64,000 nt of DNA from Candidatus Poribacteria bacterium (GCA_965198235.1 OZ240248.1:1696001-1760000), one strand, 5' to 3'; shown: positions 50,936 to 60,801, counted from the stretch's first letter. Translations and numbers: made by a program. The notes: generated by a model not told the origin, from the letters alone.

Positions 50936-52196
50936 ATGAAGTTTCGTGATGCTATCACCGCGGGCGTAAAGCCCCTCGCGCAAAATAGACTCCGTGCCGG
51001 ATTGTCCATTCTCGGCATCTTCATCGGGATTGCGGGTGTGCTGTGCATGATCGCTATCGGCGATGGCGGGAAACTTATCATCGCTCAAAACCTTGAAATG
51101 ATGGGTGGTGCCAATCAAATCGCATTCTGGACACGGACTTCTATTTGGAAGGGCCGACGGCTCGTCCGACGCACTACAGAACGATATACCCTTAAGGACG
51201 CTTCTGCAGTTGAGGCAGAATGCCCCGATGTGCTGTATGTCTTGCCTAAAGTAGAAGACTTCAACACCTTTGTTAGCAGCCGAAACGGGAATCAAGCGAA
51301 AGCGCGTTTAGAAGGTATCACAACGGACTACGCTCCCGGCATGGGTTGGGCAGTTCACGCCGGCAGATTCCTCTCCGACAACGATATCGAAGATGCAAAG
51401 CAGGTCTGTGTTCTGGGTGCTAACACCGCCAGTGAACTTTTCGGAGAGGTGTCGCCCATCGGACAAGAGGTGAAGCTTCGGTATCATTGGCGGCAATCGC
51501 AGATCAGGTTACGGGTTATCGGGGTGATGGCAACAAAAGGCATGAGCCTCAGCGACACGTATTCTTTGGATGATGCTATTTCTGTGCCATTGACAACCTA
51601 TCAACAACGGGTGAAAGGTTTTCGTTACGTTGACTACTTGCTCGTCTTTTTTAACAAAGGCGCGGCAGAGGTCAACAGTATTATTGATTCCGTTAAGAAC
51701 ACTCTGCGTAAAAGACACCGAGGGAAAGATGAATTTATCGGCGTTTGGAGAGCGAAACTGACGGCTCACCGACTTTACCACATTCAAAAAGTAATAAAAA
51801 TCACCTTGGGCAGTCATTGCGGGTTTCTCACTATTCGTCAGTGGTGTCGGTATCATGAATATCTGTCTCGTTTCTGTCGGTGAAAAAACGCGTGAGATAG
51901 GTTTACGAAAATCGGTGGGGGCGAAACGGATTGACATCTTCTATCAGTTCTTGACGGAATCAATCTGTCTCTGTTTCTGTGGTGGGGTGCTCGGCATCGC
52001 CGGTGGTTGGGGTGCGGCGCACGGGATGGCATGGCTTGCGGTGCGGATTGTGCCAATTGTGGAAACGTGGCCCGTCGTCCTCTCCTGCGGGCGGCGCGAT
52101 TTTCACCTGTCGACGCACTCCACACCGAGAATTAACATTGGCAAGCCGATTCTGGAGGGTTCGGGAGATTATATCGTCGAAAGTCCGTTGAAGTGA
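50936..52196 (+). pseudogene. MacB/FtsX-like permease, frameshifted at ~51815 and 3'-truncated, ending in a DUF5694 C-terminal remnant
   Basis: Paralog of 40561 up to WPVVLS; 52150-52193 encodes LEGSGDYIVESPLK, as in 40051-40093. Confidence 0.8.
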
Positions 52197-52288
52197 GTGT
52201 GCTACATATTTTGATAATTACCATAATTAGCAAACAACTAAAGACCGCGGTGTCAACATTTACGCGGCGCACAGGAGAGGAATTGCAC

Positions 52289-53010
52289 ATGCAAACTCAA
52301 AAATCTCAAGAAGCTCAAAGATTACTTGACTCCGTAAAAGAATTCTTCAATGGATCCAAGGAGCTTGATCTCCGCAGAGGCGAAGTTGAAAAGGGTTTAT
52401 CGGAGACGGAGCAGGCGTTTGTCAAGAAACTTCCAATCGACAGTTATCTGTTGGACATCGGTTGTGCGACAGGACGATTGTGCTTTGCACTTGCACAACA
52501 GGGGTATACCATTACCGGTATTGATGTTGCAGCGAAACAGATTGAACAAGCACAACAAATTGCTGAAAAAGAGCGGATTAATGTGACGTTTCTGCATTGC
52601 GAACCCCCAACACTACCGTTTCCCGATGCGTCCTTCGCAGCGGCATTTTTGATAAAAACCTACTGTTATGTGCCGCATCGTGCCGCCCGCATTGCGTTTT
52701 TAGAAGAGGTCGCGCGGGTCCTTAGTCCCGACGGGTTACTCTTTATGACCCAGCACATCCTTGACCCTTTCCTTGACAGTTACGAACCAATTTACGATGA
52801 CAACTATCACCAATCCGCTGCAGATTATGAAACGTTGGAAGAAGGCGACAATTTTACGTCAGGGATGCCGAGTTACGTCCACTGGTTTTTTGCGCCAGAT
52901 CTCAAAGCGGAGTTGGACGAATCCCGTTCCAACTTGTTGATTCGTCTGTGAAGCGGGAAATGCTATCGTGTGTTTTGCGGAAGCGCGACACAGATTACGT
53001 GTCAGGCTAA
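52289..53010 (+). CDS. Class I SAM-dependent methyltransferase (probable 1-nt deletion at ~52924)
   Basis: LLDIGCATGR, GIDVA, LPFPDASF, RVLSPDG; AGGAG RBS; the shifted frame gives SPFQLVDS...CVLRK. Confidence 0.8.
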
Positions 53011-53032
53011 AGACGGAGAATGCTAATTGACA

Positions 53033-53360
53033 ATGAAACCACATAGAAATTATGCAATAGGGTTGCTTATCGCACTACTGTTTATGTCAACCACAAACCT
53101 ACAAACTTGGGCAGCAGAAAACACACAAACCGTTCAGAAAGAACTCCCGGCAGTCAAAACCGAGCAGCCACCCACCATTGATGGTATTCTCGATGATGCC
53201 TGTTGGCGAAACGCACCACAAGCTACCGGCTTCACCGATGAACGCACCGAAAAATCGGCAAAGAATCAATCTGTCAAGTCTCACAATCGTTAACGGCGAC
53301 ATCCCAGTATCAGCAGTGCGTTTCTTTCGCACCATCGCCGTGACAGCGAAGCGAACAACT
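53033..53360 (+). pseudogene. Internally deleted paralog of the 46769 CBM9/DUF5916 gene
   Basis: 53090-53275 aligns to 46890-47075, then 53276-53358 aligns to 47936-48018. Confidence 0.85.
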
Positions 53361-53374
53361 TAGTTCATCATCTC

Positions 53375-53535
53375 AGAGAACATCTTAAACTATTGAAGTC
53401 GGTCGGTGGCAACTATGTGCGGTCTACGATGAGTTGGGTTGATGAAGGCGATGTGCCACCTTCAAAAAAGTCGGTGACCTATATGACTTAATCAGTGGAA
53501 CGATGAATTTTGGAACCGTTTTCGGAACTTCATCT
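53375..53535 (+). pseudogene. Fragment of an unrelated (possibly glycoside-hydrolase-like) gene
   Basis: Frameshifted HLKLLKSVGGNYVRSTMSWVDEGDVPP / KKVGDLYDL / QWNDEFWNRFR reads as protein-like. Confidence 0.4.
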
Positions 53536-53758
53536 GCTCCGACTGAAGATCAGTGGGCAGTCTTGATTCAATTGAGATAAGTGTAAATAAAATCGCTGGA
53601 CGGAGCGTCAAACTCCCACCCTATTAAAAGCAGAGGGATATGAAAATCCATTTGTAGATAGTCGAGGTAGCCTTGCTACTACCGAGATAACCATCATCTC
53701 TCTAATCTTTTCTATCTGCGTTCTGCAAACTTCTAACTCAGAAAGTATTCCATTTTTT

Positions 53759-53787
53759 TTGCATTCCCCGCATCCGCGTGTTATAAT
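53759..53787 (+). promoter_or_regulatory. Sigma70 promoter of the atp operon
   Basis: TTGCAT-N17-TATAAT with extended TG. Confidence 0.65.
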
Positions 53788-53853
53788 ATATAATGTTGTT
53801 TGATAAGAGGCTACCGTCTGATAAACGTGTTCCATTTTTTTGAAGGTGCAGCG

Positions 53854-54153
53854 ATGTTAATATTTAAGGAACGGCTGAAACATCTGAAAAATGATAATAT
53901 AGGGATGTTCGACCTCGCTTCGATCGGGATAACGCTTGCGCTCGCGATTTGTATCGGCTATTTCGGTGGCAAGTGGCTCGGTGGAAAATTAGGCAACGCA
54001 GCCGTTGGATCCTACATCGGTTTCGGAATAGGAGTTGCCGCTGGATTCATGGAGATGTTTCGCTCGATAGCACGCTGGAACCGCCAACTCGAACGTCTGG
54101 AAAAACAGCGTCGTGCCGCCTCAGAAAACGCGCAGGATACTGAAGAAGGATAA
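53854..54153 (+). CDS. AtpZ/AtpI-family (gene 1) two-TM protein
   Basis: ASIGITLALAICIGYFGGKWL...GIGVAAGFMEM; first gene of the atp operon. Confidence 0.8.
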   Translation: MLIFKERLKHLKNDNIGMFDLASIGITLALAICIGYFGGKWLGGKLGNAAVGSYIGFGIGVAAGFMEMFRSIARWNRQLERLEKQRRAASENAQDTEEG

Positions 54154-54229
54154 AATCTGAAAGCAATCGAGATCCGAAAATTTCGGTGATCGTGATTCGT
54201 CGAAATTTGACGAAGGAGCAGTTACTTAG

Positions 54230-54637
54230 ATGGGTCCCGTTTTGGAAATTGGCGACCGATTTATCCGTCATGTCTATGTCTTGACAATCTGTCTCACCGT
54301 AGTCATTTCGGCAGTGTTGTTAGGATTCAAACGCCCCGCGCTCCCAAGTTTTCTGATCGGCAGTGCTATCAGTTTGAGTCTATTCTGGTCCATCGAATTT
54401 GTGGTTCGGCGGCTTGTTCGGCCCGGAAAAACGAAGTCCACAAAGTACTTATTGGGTTTCATCGCAATTGGTAAATACACGGTGCTCGGTGGACTCCTGT
54501 ATCTCCTGTTTAAAATGGAGTGGATGAATATCTACGCGTTCGCTGGTGGGATTGCTTTAGTGCAAGGTGCTATCATTATCAAAGCGATCGGTTTGATGGT
54601 GACTATCCTTTCAAATAAGGACCCGAATCAGTCTTGA
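54230..54637 (+). CDS. atpI: ATP synthase subunit I-like four-TM protein
   Basis: Four hydrophobic segments; directly before atpB. Confidence 0.7.
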   Translation: MGPVLEIGDRFIRHVYVLTICLTVVISAVLLGFKRPALPSFLIGSAISLSLFWSIEFVVRRLVRPGKTKSTKYLLGFIAIGKYTVLGGLLYLLFKMEWMNIYAFAGGIALVQGAIIIKAIGLMVTILSNKDPNQS

Positions 54638-54639
54638 GG

Positions 54640-54850
54640 CGATTTTCTAACTATGGGAATATAGGTGCTGCTCCAAATGTAAAGCATTCTCACTGCGAAG
54701 CAAAATTATGCCATTTAAGGTATAATTTCATTTCGCAGCGGTCTTCATCGAATTCCAACCAGAAATCCTGGGTGCTCAAAGGTTTCTGACTTCACCCAGA
54801 CACCATCGTGAAACGAAGTGGAACGATGATCAGATTTAATAGTTTAAAAT
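54640..54850. repeat. Composite element: B arm (-) 54640-54736 plus C arm (+) 54780-54850
   Basis: Revcomp of CCTTAAATGGCATAATTT...TACATTTGGAG...CCCATAGTTAGAAAA; CATCGT-GAAACGAAGTGGA-ACGATG...TTTAATAGTTTAAAA. Confidence 0.8.
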
Positions 54851-54860
54851 ACAACAAAAC

Positions 54861-55724
54861 ATGAAAAAAATACCATTTATCTGCTTGGTTGTCGGATTCA
54901 GTTTGGCAGCGGTGGCCGGGAGTTTCGCAGCAGAGGATGCCTCCTCAACGGAAACCCACTCCGATGACCATGGGCACCGCACGTGGCTCTACTCAATTTC
55001 ACGGCTACTACCCGATGACATCATTCCAGAACCCAGTCGGTGGCATCAACCCGACCTGATTCCAAACACATATTTTGCGGTTCTCGTCTTAGTGCTGTTT
55101 TTCATCTTCGTAACTCGGAAGTTGAAGCGGCTTCCGGAAGGAAAAGGACAAACCCTTTTAGAGTTGTTTGTCGGCGGCATAATTGATTTCTTCGGTGGAA
55201 TTTTAGGCGACCACGGCAGAAAGTATGTCCCATTCGTTGGCTCCTACTTCATCTTTATCCTTTCCCTGAACTATCTCGGCCTCATCCCAGGTTTTCAAGC
55301 GCCAACAGCAGATTTGAATACAACGCTCGCGCTCGGCATAACTGCTGTGTTAGGGGTTCAAATTATCGCTATCAAAGAGAATGGGATAGTCGGTTATCTC
55401 AAGCATCTCATCGGTGACCCGCCGTTATTGGGCGTTTTGATGTTTCCACTTGAGATAATTGCACAGTTATCTCGCGCGGGTTCTCTCGCTGTCCGTCTTT
55501 TCGGCAACATTTTTGGTGAAGAATCAGTGATTGTTGAGCTCACGAAACTGGGGCTCCTCGTCCTAATTGCTGGGGCTGTTCCAATCCTTCCGGTTCAAGT
55601 GCCGATGCTGTTCTTTGGATTGTTCGGTGGTTTTCTGCAAGCGTTCGTTTTCACCATCTTAACATCTATCTATATCGTGCTTTTCATAGAACACGATGAA
55701 GAAGCGCATGAAGCGCATCATTAA
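54861..55724 (+). CDS. atpB: ATP synthase Fo subunit a
   Basis: NYLGLIP, PTADLNTT, SLAVRLFGNIFGEE, LQAFVFTIL. Confidence 0.96.
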   Translation: MKKIPFICLVVGFSLAAVAGSFAAEDASSTETHSDDHGHRTWLYSISRLLPDDIIPEPSRWHQPDLIPNTYFAVLVLVLFFIFVTRKLKRLPEGKGQTLLELFVGGIIDFFGGILGDHGRKYVPFVGSYFIFILSLNYLGLIPGFQAPTADLNTTLALGITAVLGVQIIAIKENGIVGYLKHLIGDPPLLGVLMFPLEIIAQLSRAGSLAVRLFGNIFGEESVIVELTKLGLLVLIAGAVPILPVQVPMLFFGLFGGFLQAFVFTILTSIYIVLFIEHDEEAHEAHH

Positions 55725-55775
55725 TTCTGTGGGACAAGTAAAAGCTTGCCCCTATCCGTCCAAGGAGGACATTTT

Positions 55776-56081
55776 ATGATTTATTTAGCAGTGTTGGCGC
55801 TTGGTGTAACTTTAGGGTTACCGATCGCTGTTATTTTTGCCTCAACAGCGCAAGGCAGGGCAACAAGTACTGCTCTTGAAGGAATTGCACGTCAACCTGA
55901 GTCATCTGCGAGAATTCAAACCGCGATGATTATCGGTTTGGCACTCATCGAGTCGCTCGTTATCTATTCGCTGTTGATGTTCTTTGTCTTGCAGAGCAAA
56001 CTCCCCGAAGGCGAAATGCTGAGAGAGATGATTGATGCAGACGCGAAACGAGTTGCGACAGATGTCAGAGACGGAAATTAA
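55776..56081 (+). CDS. atpE: ATP synthase Fo subunit c
   Basis: IARQPE loop, ALIESLVIY; AAGGAGG RBS. Confidence 0.95.
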   Translation: MIYLAVLALGVTLGLPIAVIFASTAQGRATSTALEGIARQPESSARIQTAMIIGLALIESLVIYSLLMFFVLQSKLPEGEMLREMIDADAKRVATDVRDGN

Positions 56082-56208
56082 TATATCCCTTGACTGAAGA
56101 CGGACAGCGAGGCTTGCACGCCCAGACAGAGATGATGGGTTGGTGACAATGGCAGGTTGATATCGAGGCGTTACGTCTTCAATTTGAACAACAGAGTACA
56201 ATAAACTT

Positions 56209-56850
56209 ATGCGAAACATCAAACATAGGCTTTCGCTTCGCAAGAGACGCTTGCAAGCGGCACGCTACGGGACCCTATATGGATGCTGCTTCATTTTGAT
56301 GAGCATGTGCCTCAGCAGCGCGTTCGCCGCTGAAGCTCCTGCCGGTGAAGGTGGACTTTTGGCACTGCTCGGTATTGATCCGAAGACGATTATCATTCAA
56401 GTCATCGGTTTCCTTGTTGTGCTCGCGGTACTTTGGAAGTTTGTCTTCGGTAAGGTGGGTGGCCTCTTAGAGGAACGGCGCACCGAAATCACCACGCAGT
56501 CGGAGCAATTGAGGGCTGACCGCGAAGAATTGGACCGGCTCACCGCAGAGACGCGCCAACGTTTAGCCGATATTGAGACCGAAGCACAAGCCAAAATTCA
56601 AGCGGCGATTGAACAGGGGAATACTGAACGTCAGCAAATTCTCGTACAGGCACGGCAAGAGGCGGACGATGAAGTCGCAAGAGCCAGAGCAGAGATTCAG
56701 CGTGAAAAAGACGAGGCTATCTCAGAACTGCGAGGCGTTGTCGCTGAACTCGCCATTGATGCCGCCAGCAAAATCATAAGTGCGGAACTCAACGCAGAGA
56801 GGCATCAGCATATCATTGATGCATCTATTAGCAGGTTACCAATTTCTTAA
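56209..56850 (+). CDS. atpF: ATP synthase Fo subunit b (start possibly 56299)
   Basis: QVIGFLVVLAVLWKF...LEERR plus coiled coil. Confidence 0.92.
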   Translation: MRNIKHRLSLRKRRLQAARYGTLYGCCFILMSMCLSSAFAAEAPAGEGGLLALLGIDPKTIIIQVIGFLVVLAVLWKFVFGKVGGLLEERRTEITTQSEQLRADREELDRLTAETRQRLADIETEAQAKIQAAIEQGNTERQQILVQARQEADDEVARARAEIQREKDEAISELRGVVAELAIDAASKIISAELNAERHQHIIDASISRLPIS

Positions 56851-56997
56851 CTATTAACACCTGAGTGCCATTCCATTCCATTCCATGGCGGTTTTCGGTG
56901 AATGCCAACCCGCTCCAGGTGCGCAAAGGTTTCTGACTTCACCAAACCCCCTCGTGAAACGAAGTGGAACGAGGCCCAGAGGCATATAATTAGAAAT
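56843..56997. repeat. Two inverted C-type arms spanning the atpF-atpH spacer
   Basis: (-) GCCAT-GGAATGGAATGGA-ATGGC...GTTAATAGTTAAGAAA; (+) CCTCGT-GAAACGAAGTGGA-ACGAGG...ATAATTAGAAAT-ATG. Confidence 0.75.
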
Positions 56998-57537
56998 ATG
57001 AGAGACATTCGGGTTGCAAAACCTTATGCACGCGCCCTATACGATGCAGCGGTGGAACAGAACGCCTTGGCACCTATTGTCGCAGATGTAGATAGGCTGC
57101 GAGAGTTGGTTGAACAGTCTGAGGAATTCACGCAATTAATCCACAGCCCTATTCTGTCTCCACAATTTAAGAGCGAGACGTTTCAGCAGCTTTTTACCGA
57201 TACGATGCAACCTCTGACCGTTAATTTTTTCAAACTCCTCGCGTTGAAGCAGCGTGAACGTTATCTCGTCGCGATCATGGATGTCTTTTCGGCAATGGTT
57301 GACGAGGCTGCTGGTAGGCTCGTCGCAAAAGTGACGACGGCTGTACCTATAACAGCCGAACAAGAGGAACGACTCGCCGAGCAATTAAGCACGTACTCAG
57401 GGAAACAGGTGCGGCTGGAGACCATAACTGACCCACAAATTCAGGGTGGATTCATCGTGCAGTTAGACGACACCGTTTTTGATGCAAGCGTTACAACACA
57501 GCTTCAACGCTTGAAGCAACAGCTTGCAAGCGGATAA
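56998..57537 (+). CDS. atpH: ATP synthase F1 subunit delta
   Basis: VAKPYARALY, DPQIQGGFIV..DASV. Confidence 0.95.
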   Translation: MRDIRVAKPYARALYDAAVEQNALAPIVADVDRLRELVEQSEEFTQLIHSPILSPQFKSETFQQLFTDTMQPLTVNFFKLLALKQRERYLVAIMDVFSAMVDEAAGRLVAKVTTAVPITAEQEERLAEQLSTYSGKQVRLETITDPQIQGGFIVQLDDTVFDASVTTQLQRLKQQLASG

Positions 57538-57657
57538 CGTACTGCGCGATTGTAAATGCATCTGCCTATTTTCTATAGGGTCGGGGCGATGTAGGGTGAA
57601 ACTCCCAAGGTTTTCCATCTTAAAGAAACGAGCGCGACTCCACAGAGGACTGAAAAT

Positions 57658-59172
57658 ATGGCAAGAGAAGTCCGACCGGACGAAATATCAAATATCCTTA
57701 AACAACAACTGCAACAGTTTGAACAGAACGTGGATGTCTATGACTCCGGCACGGTGCTGGAGGTAGGCGATGGCATCGCGCGGGTGCATGGGCTTGCCAA
57801 CGCTATGGCAAGTGAAATGATCGAATTTCCTAACGATGTCTACGGCATCGCTTTCAACCTCGAAGAAGACAATGTTGGTTGCGTTCTGTTCGGAGAAGAC
57901 CAACTCATACACGAAGGCGATACCGCCAAACGCACTGGAAGACTGCCGGAAGTACCCGTGGGTGAGGCACTTCTCGGACGGATTGTCGATGCACTCGGTC
58001 AACCTATTGATGGCTTGGGCGACATTGAAACTGAACATCGACTTCCGGTCGAACAGAAAGGTCTCGGCATTGTTCAACGTCAACCGGTTAGCGAGCCCCT
58101 TTACACAGGCTTAAAAGCTATTGACAGCTTAACACCGATCGGGAGAGGTCAGCGTGAACTGATTATTGGTGACCGTCGAACCGGCAAGACCGCCATTGCC
58201 TTGGATACTATCTTGAGTCAGAAAGATACAGATGTCTACTGTATCTATGTCGCTATTGGTCAAAAAGGTTCCACTTTGGCGCAAGTTGCAGCTACGCTTC
58301 GTGAGCATAACGCGATGGAGTATACGACTATCGTCTCATCACCTGCGAGTGCGCCGTCACCACTTCAGTACCTCGCACCCTATTCCGGTACTGCAATGGG
58401 TGAATACTTCAGGGACAACGGCAAACACGCCCTCATTATCTATGATGACCTAACGAAACACGCGTGGGCGTACCGTCAGATGTCACTGCTTTCACGAAGG
58501 CCTCCCGGTAGGGAAGCCTATCCGGGTGATGTCTTCTACCTGCACTCACGTCTGTTAGAACGCGCCGCAAAATTGAGCGATGAATTGGGCGGAGGTTCTC
58601 TCACTGCCTTGCCGATTATTGAGATCTTTGAAGGCGATTTGACGACCTATATTCCTACGAACGTTATCTCCATCACCGATGGACAGATATACCTCACGAC
58701 GGACCTGTTTAACCAAGGTGTGAGACCTGCGATCGATGTCGGGTTATCCGTTTCCCGTGTAGGTGGTGATGCCCAAGTGAAAGCGATGGATACACGAGAG
58801 GTCGCAGGGACCCTTAAACTCGATCTCGCGAGTTTTCGGGAAGTTGCTGCCTTTGCGCAATTTGGATCGGATTTGGACGCATCAACGCAATCCTTGCTTC
58901 TACGCGGCACACGGCTCGTTGAATTGCTGAAACAACCCGAATATCAACCGATGCCTGTCGAACGCGAAGTCGCCTCTATCTTCTGCGGCACCAACGGCTA
59001 TCTGGATGATGTCGAGGAAACAGAAGTGGCTCGGTTTGAATCCGAATTTCTGCAATATCTTGACAGGAATCACACAGAACTCCTCACAGAAATCGCAGAA
59101 ACAGGTTTGCTGGGTGATGAACTCCTTGAGACCTTACACGCTGCCGTGAAGACGTTCAAGGAAAATTTTTAA
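57658..59172 (+). CDS. atpA: ATP synthase F1 subunit alpha
   Basis: [39 protein letters not shown]. Confidence 0.98.
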   Translation: MAREVRPDEISNILKQQLQQFEQNVDVYDSGTVLEVGDGIARVHGLANAMASEMIEFPNDVYGIAFNLEEDNVGCVLFGEDQLIHEGDTAKRTGRLPEVPVGEALLGRIVDALGQPIDGLGDIETEHRLPVEQKGLGIVQRQPVSEPLYTGLKAIDSLTPIGRGQRELIIGDRRTGKTAIALDTILSQKDTDVYCIYVAIGQKGSTLAQVAATLREHNAMEYTTIVSSPASAPSPLQYLAPYSGTAMGEYFRDNGKHALIIYDDLTKHAWAYRQMSLLSRRPPGREAYPGDVFYLHSRLLERAAKLSDELGGGSLTALPIIEIFEGDLTTYIPTNVISITDGQIYLTTDLFNQGVRPAIDVGLSVSRVGGDAQVKAMDTREVAGTLKLDLASFREVAAFAQFGSDLDASTQSLLLRGTRLVELLKQPEYQPMPVEREVASIFCGTNGYLDDVEETEVARFESEFLQYLDRNHTELLTEIAETGLLGDELLETLHAAVKTFKENF

Positions 59173-59175
59173 CTG

Positions 59176-59407
59176 TTTTTTGATGATACCTTGCGGTTCA
59201 GTCAGGTGGGTGGCATAAATAGCGTTCATTTCCGTATATCCGCTCTCCACTTCGTTACGAGTTGCGCGCTAAAAAAACGTCAAAACGCCCAAACCCAGTT
59301 GAGACTTCACCAGAAACCCGCTCGTGATGAAATTAGGTTTCCTTAAATGGCATAATTTGTCTTAGCTTTACATTTGGAGAGCGGCCCAGGGGCCCATAGT
59401 TAAAAAA
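59176..59407. repeat. Composite element: A arm (-), partial C arm, B arm (+) abutting the atpG ATG
   Basis: CCTTGCGGTTC...TCCGTATATCC.CTCTCCACTTCGTTACGAG; GACTTCACCAGAAACC; GAAATTAGGTTTCCTTAAATGGCATAATTTG...CCCATAGTTAAAAAA-ATG. Confidence 0.8.
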
Positions 59408-60286
59408 ATGGCAACTTTACGAGAAATTCGCAGGCGTATCGCTAGCATTCAAAACATCGAGCAAGTCACTGATGCAATGCGCGTCGTGGCTGCTGCGCGG
59501 CTCCGCCGTGCCCAAGAAAATATTAATGCGACTCGTCCTTACGCTGATAAACTCAACACCATCTTAGGACACTTAATCTCGCAGATGGATACTGAAAATG
59601 AAGCACTGACACACCCGCTGCTTGAAACGCGTGAGATAAAGCATGCCTGCATCATTTCTGTCTCCTCAGACCGAGGGTTGTGTGGTAGTTTCAACAGTAA
59701 CGTTATTCGGACAACCACACAACGTATCCAACATTATCAAGAGAGTGGTGTCGATGTAACGCTCATCTGTATCGGTAGACGATCGCAAGAGCATTTTGCA
59801 CGGCGCGGTTACGACATCACCGATGCATACATCAATATTTTCCGTCAGCTCGAGTTCCAAACGGCTGTTGATGTTGTTCACGAGTTTGAACACCTTTATA
59901 CAGATAAAAAGATTGATAAAGTCGAGGTTATCTACAACAACTTCAAGTCTGCTATTCTCCAGACCGTGCTTGTTGAGCAGCTTCTCCCATTAGAGCCTGA
60001 AATACCGGAAGGTGATGAACTTTTTCTGGATTATATCTATGAACCGGGGCAGGTGGAACTCTTTGAAATGCTACTCGGCAAACATCTGAACATGCAAATG
60101 TGGAAAGTACTGCTGGATTCCAACGCGGCGGAGCAAGCAGCCCGAATGGCAGCGATGGAGAATGCCACGCAGAAGGCAAAAGAACTTATTGATGAGCTCA
60201 TTCTTCAACGCAATAGAGCACGTCAAACGCAGATCACGACGGAAATTTCTGAGATCGTAAGTGGTGCGGCTGCACTGGAAGGTTAA
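59408..60286 (+). CDS. atpG: ATP synthase F1 subunit gamma
   Basis: SDRGLCGSFN, EQAARMAAMENAT, RARQTQITTEISEIVSGA. Confidence 0.98.
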   Translation: MATLREIRRRIASIQNIEQVTDAMRVVAAARLRRAQENINATRPYADKLNTILGHLISQMDTENEALTHPLLETREIKHACIISVSSDRGLCGSFNSNVIRTTTQRIQHYQESGVDVTLICIGRRSQEHFARRGYDITDAYINIFRQLEFQTAVDVVHEFEHLYTDKKIDKVEVIYNNFKSAILQTVLVEQLLPLEPEIPEGDELFLDYIYEPGQVELFEMLLGKHLNMQMWKVLLDSNAAEQAARMAAMENATQKAKELIDELILQRNRARQTQITTEISEIVSGAAALEG

Positions 60287-60327
60287 AAGTAGTAGGCAGG
60301 CTCCGTTCTGCCGTGAGGAGGTTCCAG

Positions 60328-60801
60328 ATGCCAATCAATGTCAACAAACAGATTGAAGAGGCGATGGAACGCGGCGAATTCGCGAATTTGCCCGGCAAAG
60401 GCAAACCCCTCAAGTTGGATACGAATCCCTTCCTCACCCCACAAGCACGAATGGCGAACCGACTCCTGAAAGAGAACGGGTTTGCGCCGCGGTGGGTTGA
60501 ATTAGAGAAAGAGATTAAACAGGGAAAAGCGCAACTTGAAAGAGTCCTCATAAACCTAAAGGGTCGTCGAGAGCGGTTAGCAGCTATCGTCCAGCAGTAT
60601 CCGCATCGGCGTGAAGTCATCAGTCGGACTTTTGAACGAGAACGTGCTCGCGTTATTGCGCAATATAGTGAAAAACTCGAAAACCTGAATCAGAAAATTC
60701 AACGCGTGAATCTCCTCATGCCAACTCGAAATCGACAATACGCGTTAATCAATCGGGCACAGACACTCGCCCGCTTCCAAAAGGCGTGTCCGAGTCTCTG
60801 A
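60328..60801 (+). CDS. DUF1992 (DnaJC28-type conserved domain) protein
   Basis: IEEAMERGEFANLPGKGKPL...RLLKENGFAPRWVEL.KEI; GAGGAGG RBS. Confidence 0.85.
   Translation: MPINVNKQIEEAMERGEFANLPGKGKPLKLDTNPFLTPQARMANRLLKENGFAPRWVELEKEIKQGKAQLERVLINLKGRRERLAAIVQQYPHRREVISRTFERERARVIAQYSEKLENLNQKIQRVNLLMPTRNRQYALINRAQTLARFQKACPSL

Noticed and set aside
56868-56887. (CCATT)n microsatellite
   Set aside because: It is the degenerate hairpin of a C-type repeat arm on the minus strand.
56902-56997. N-terminal extensions of AtpH, MurD and FtsQ in the ORF track
   Set aside because: They are translations of repeat DNA upstream of the probable true start codons.
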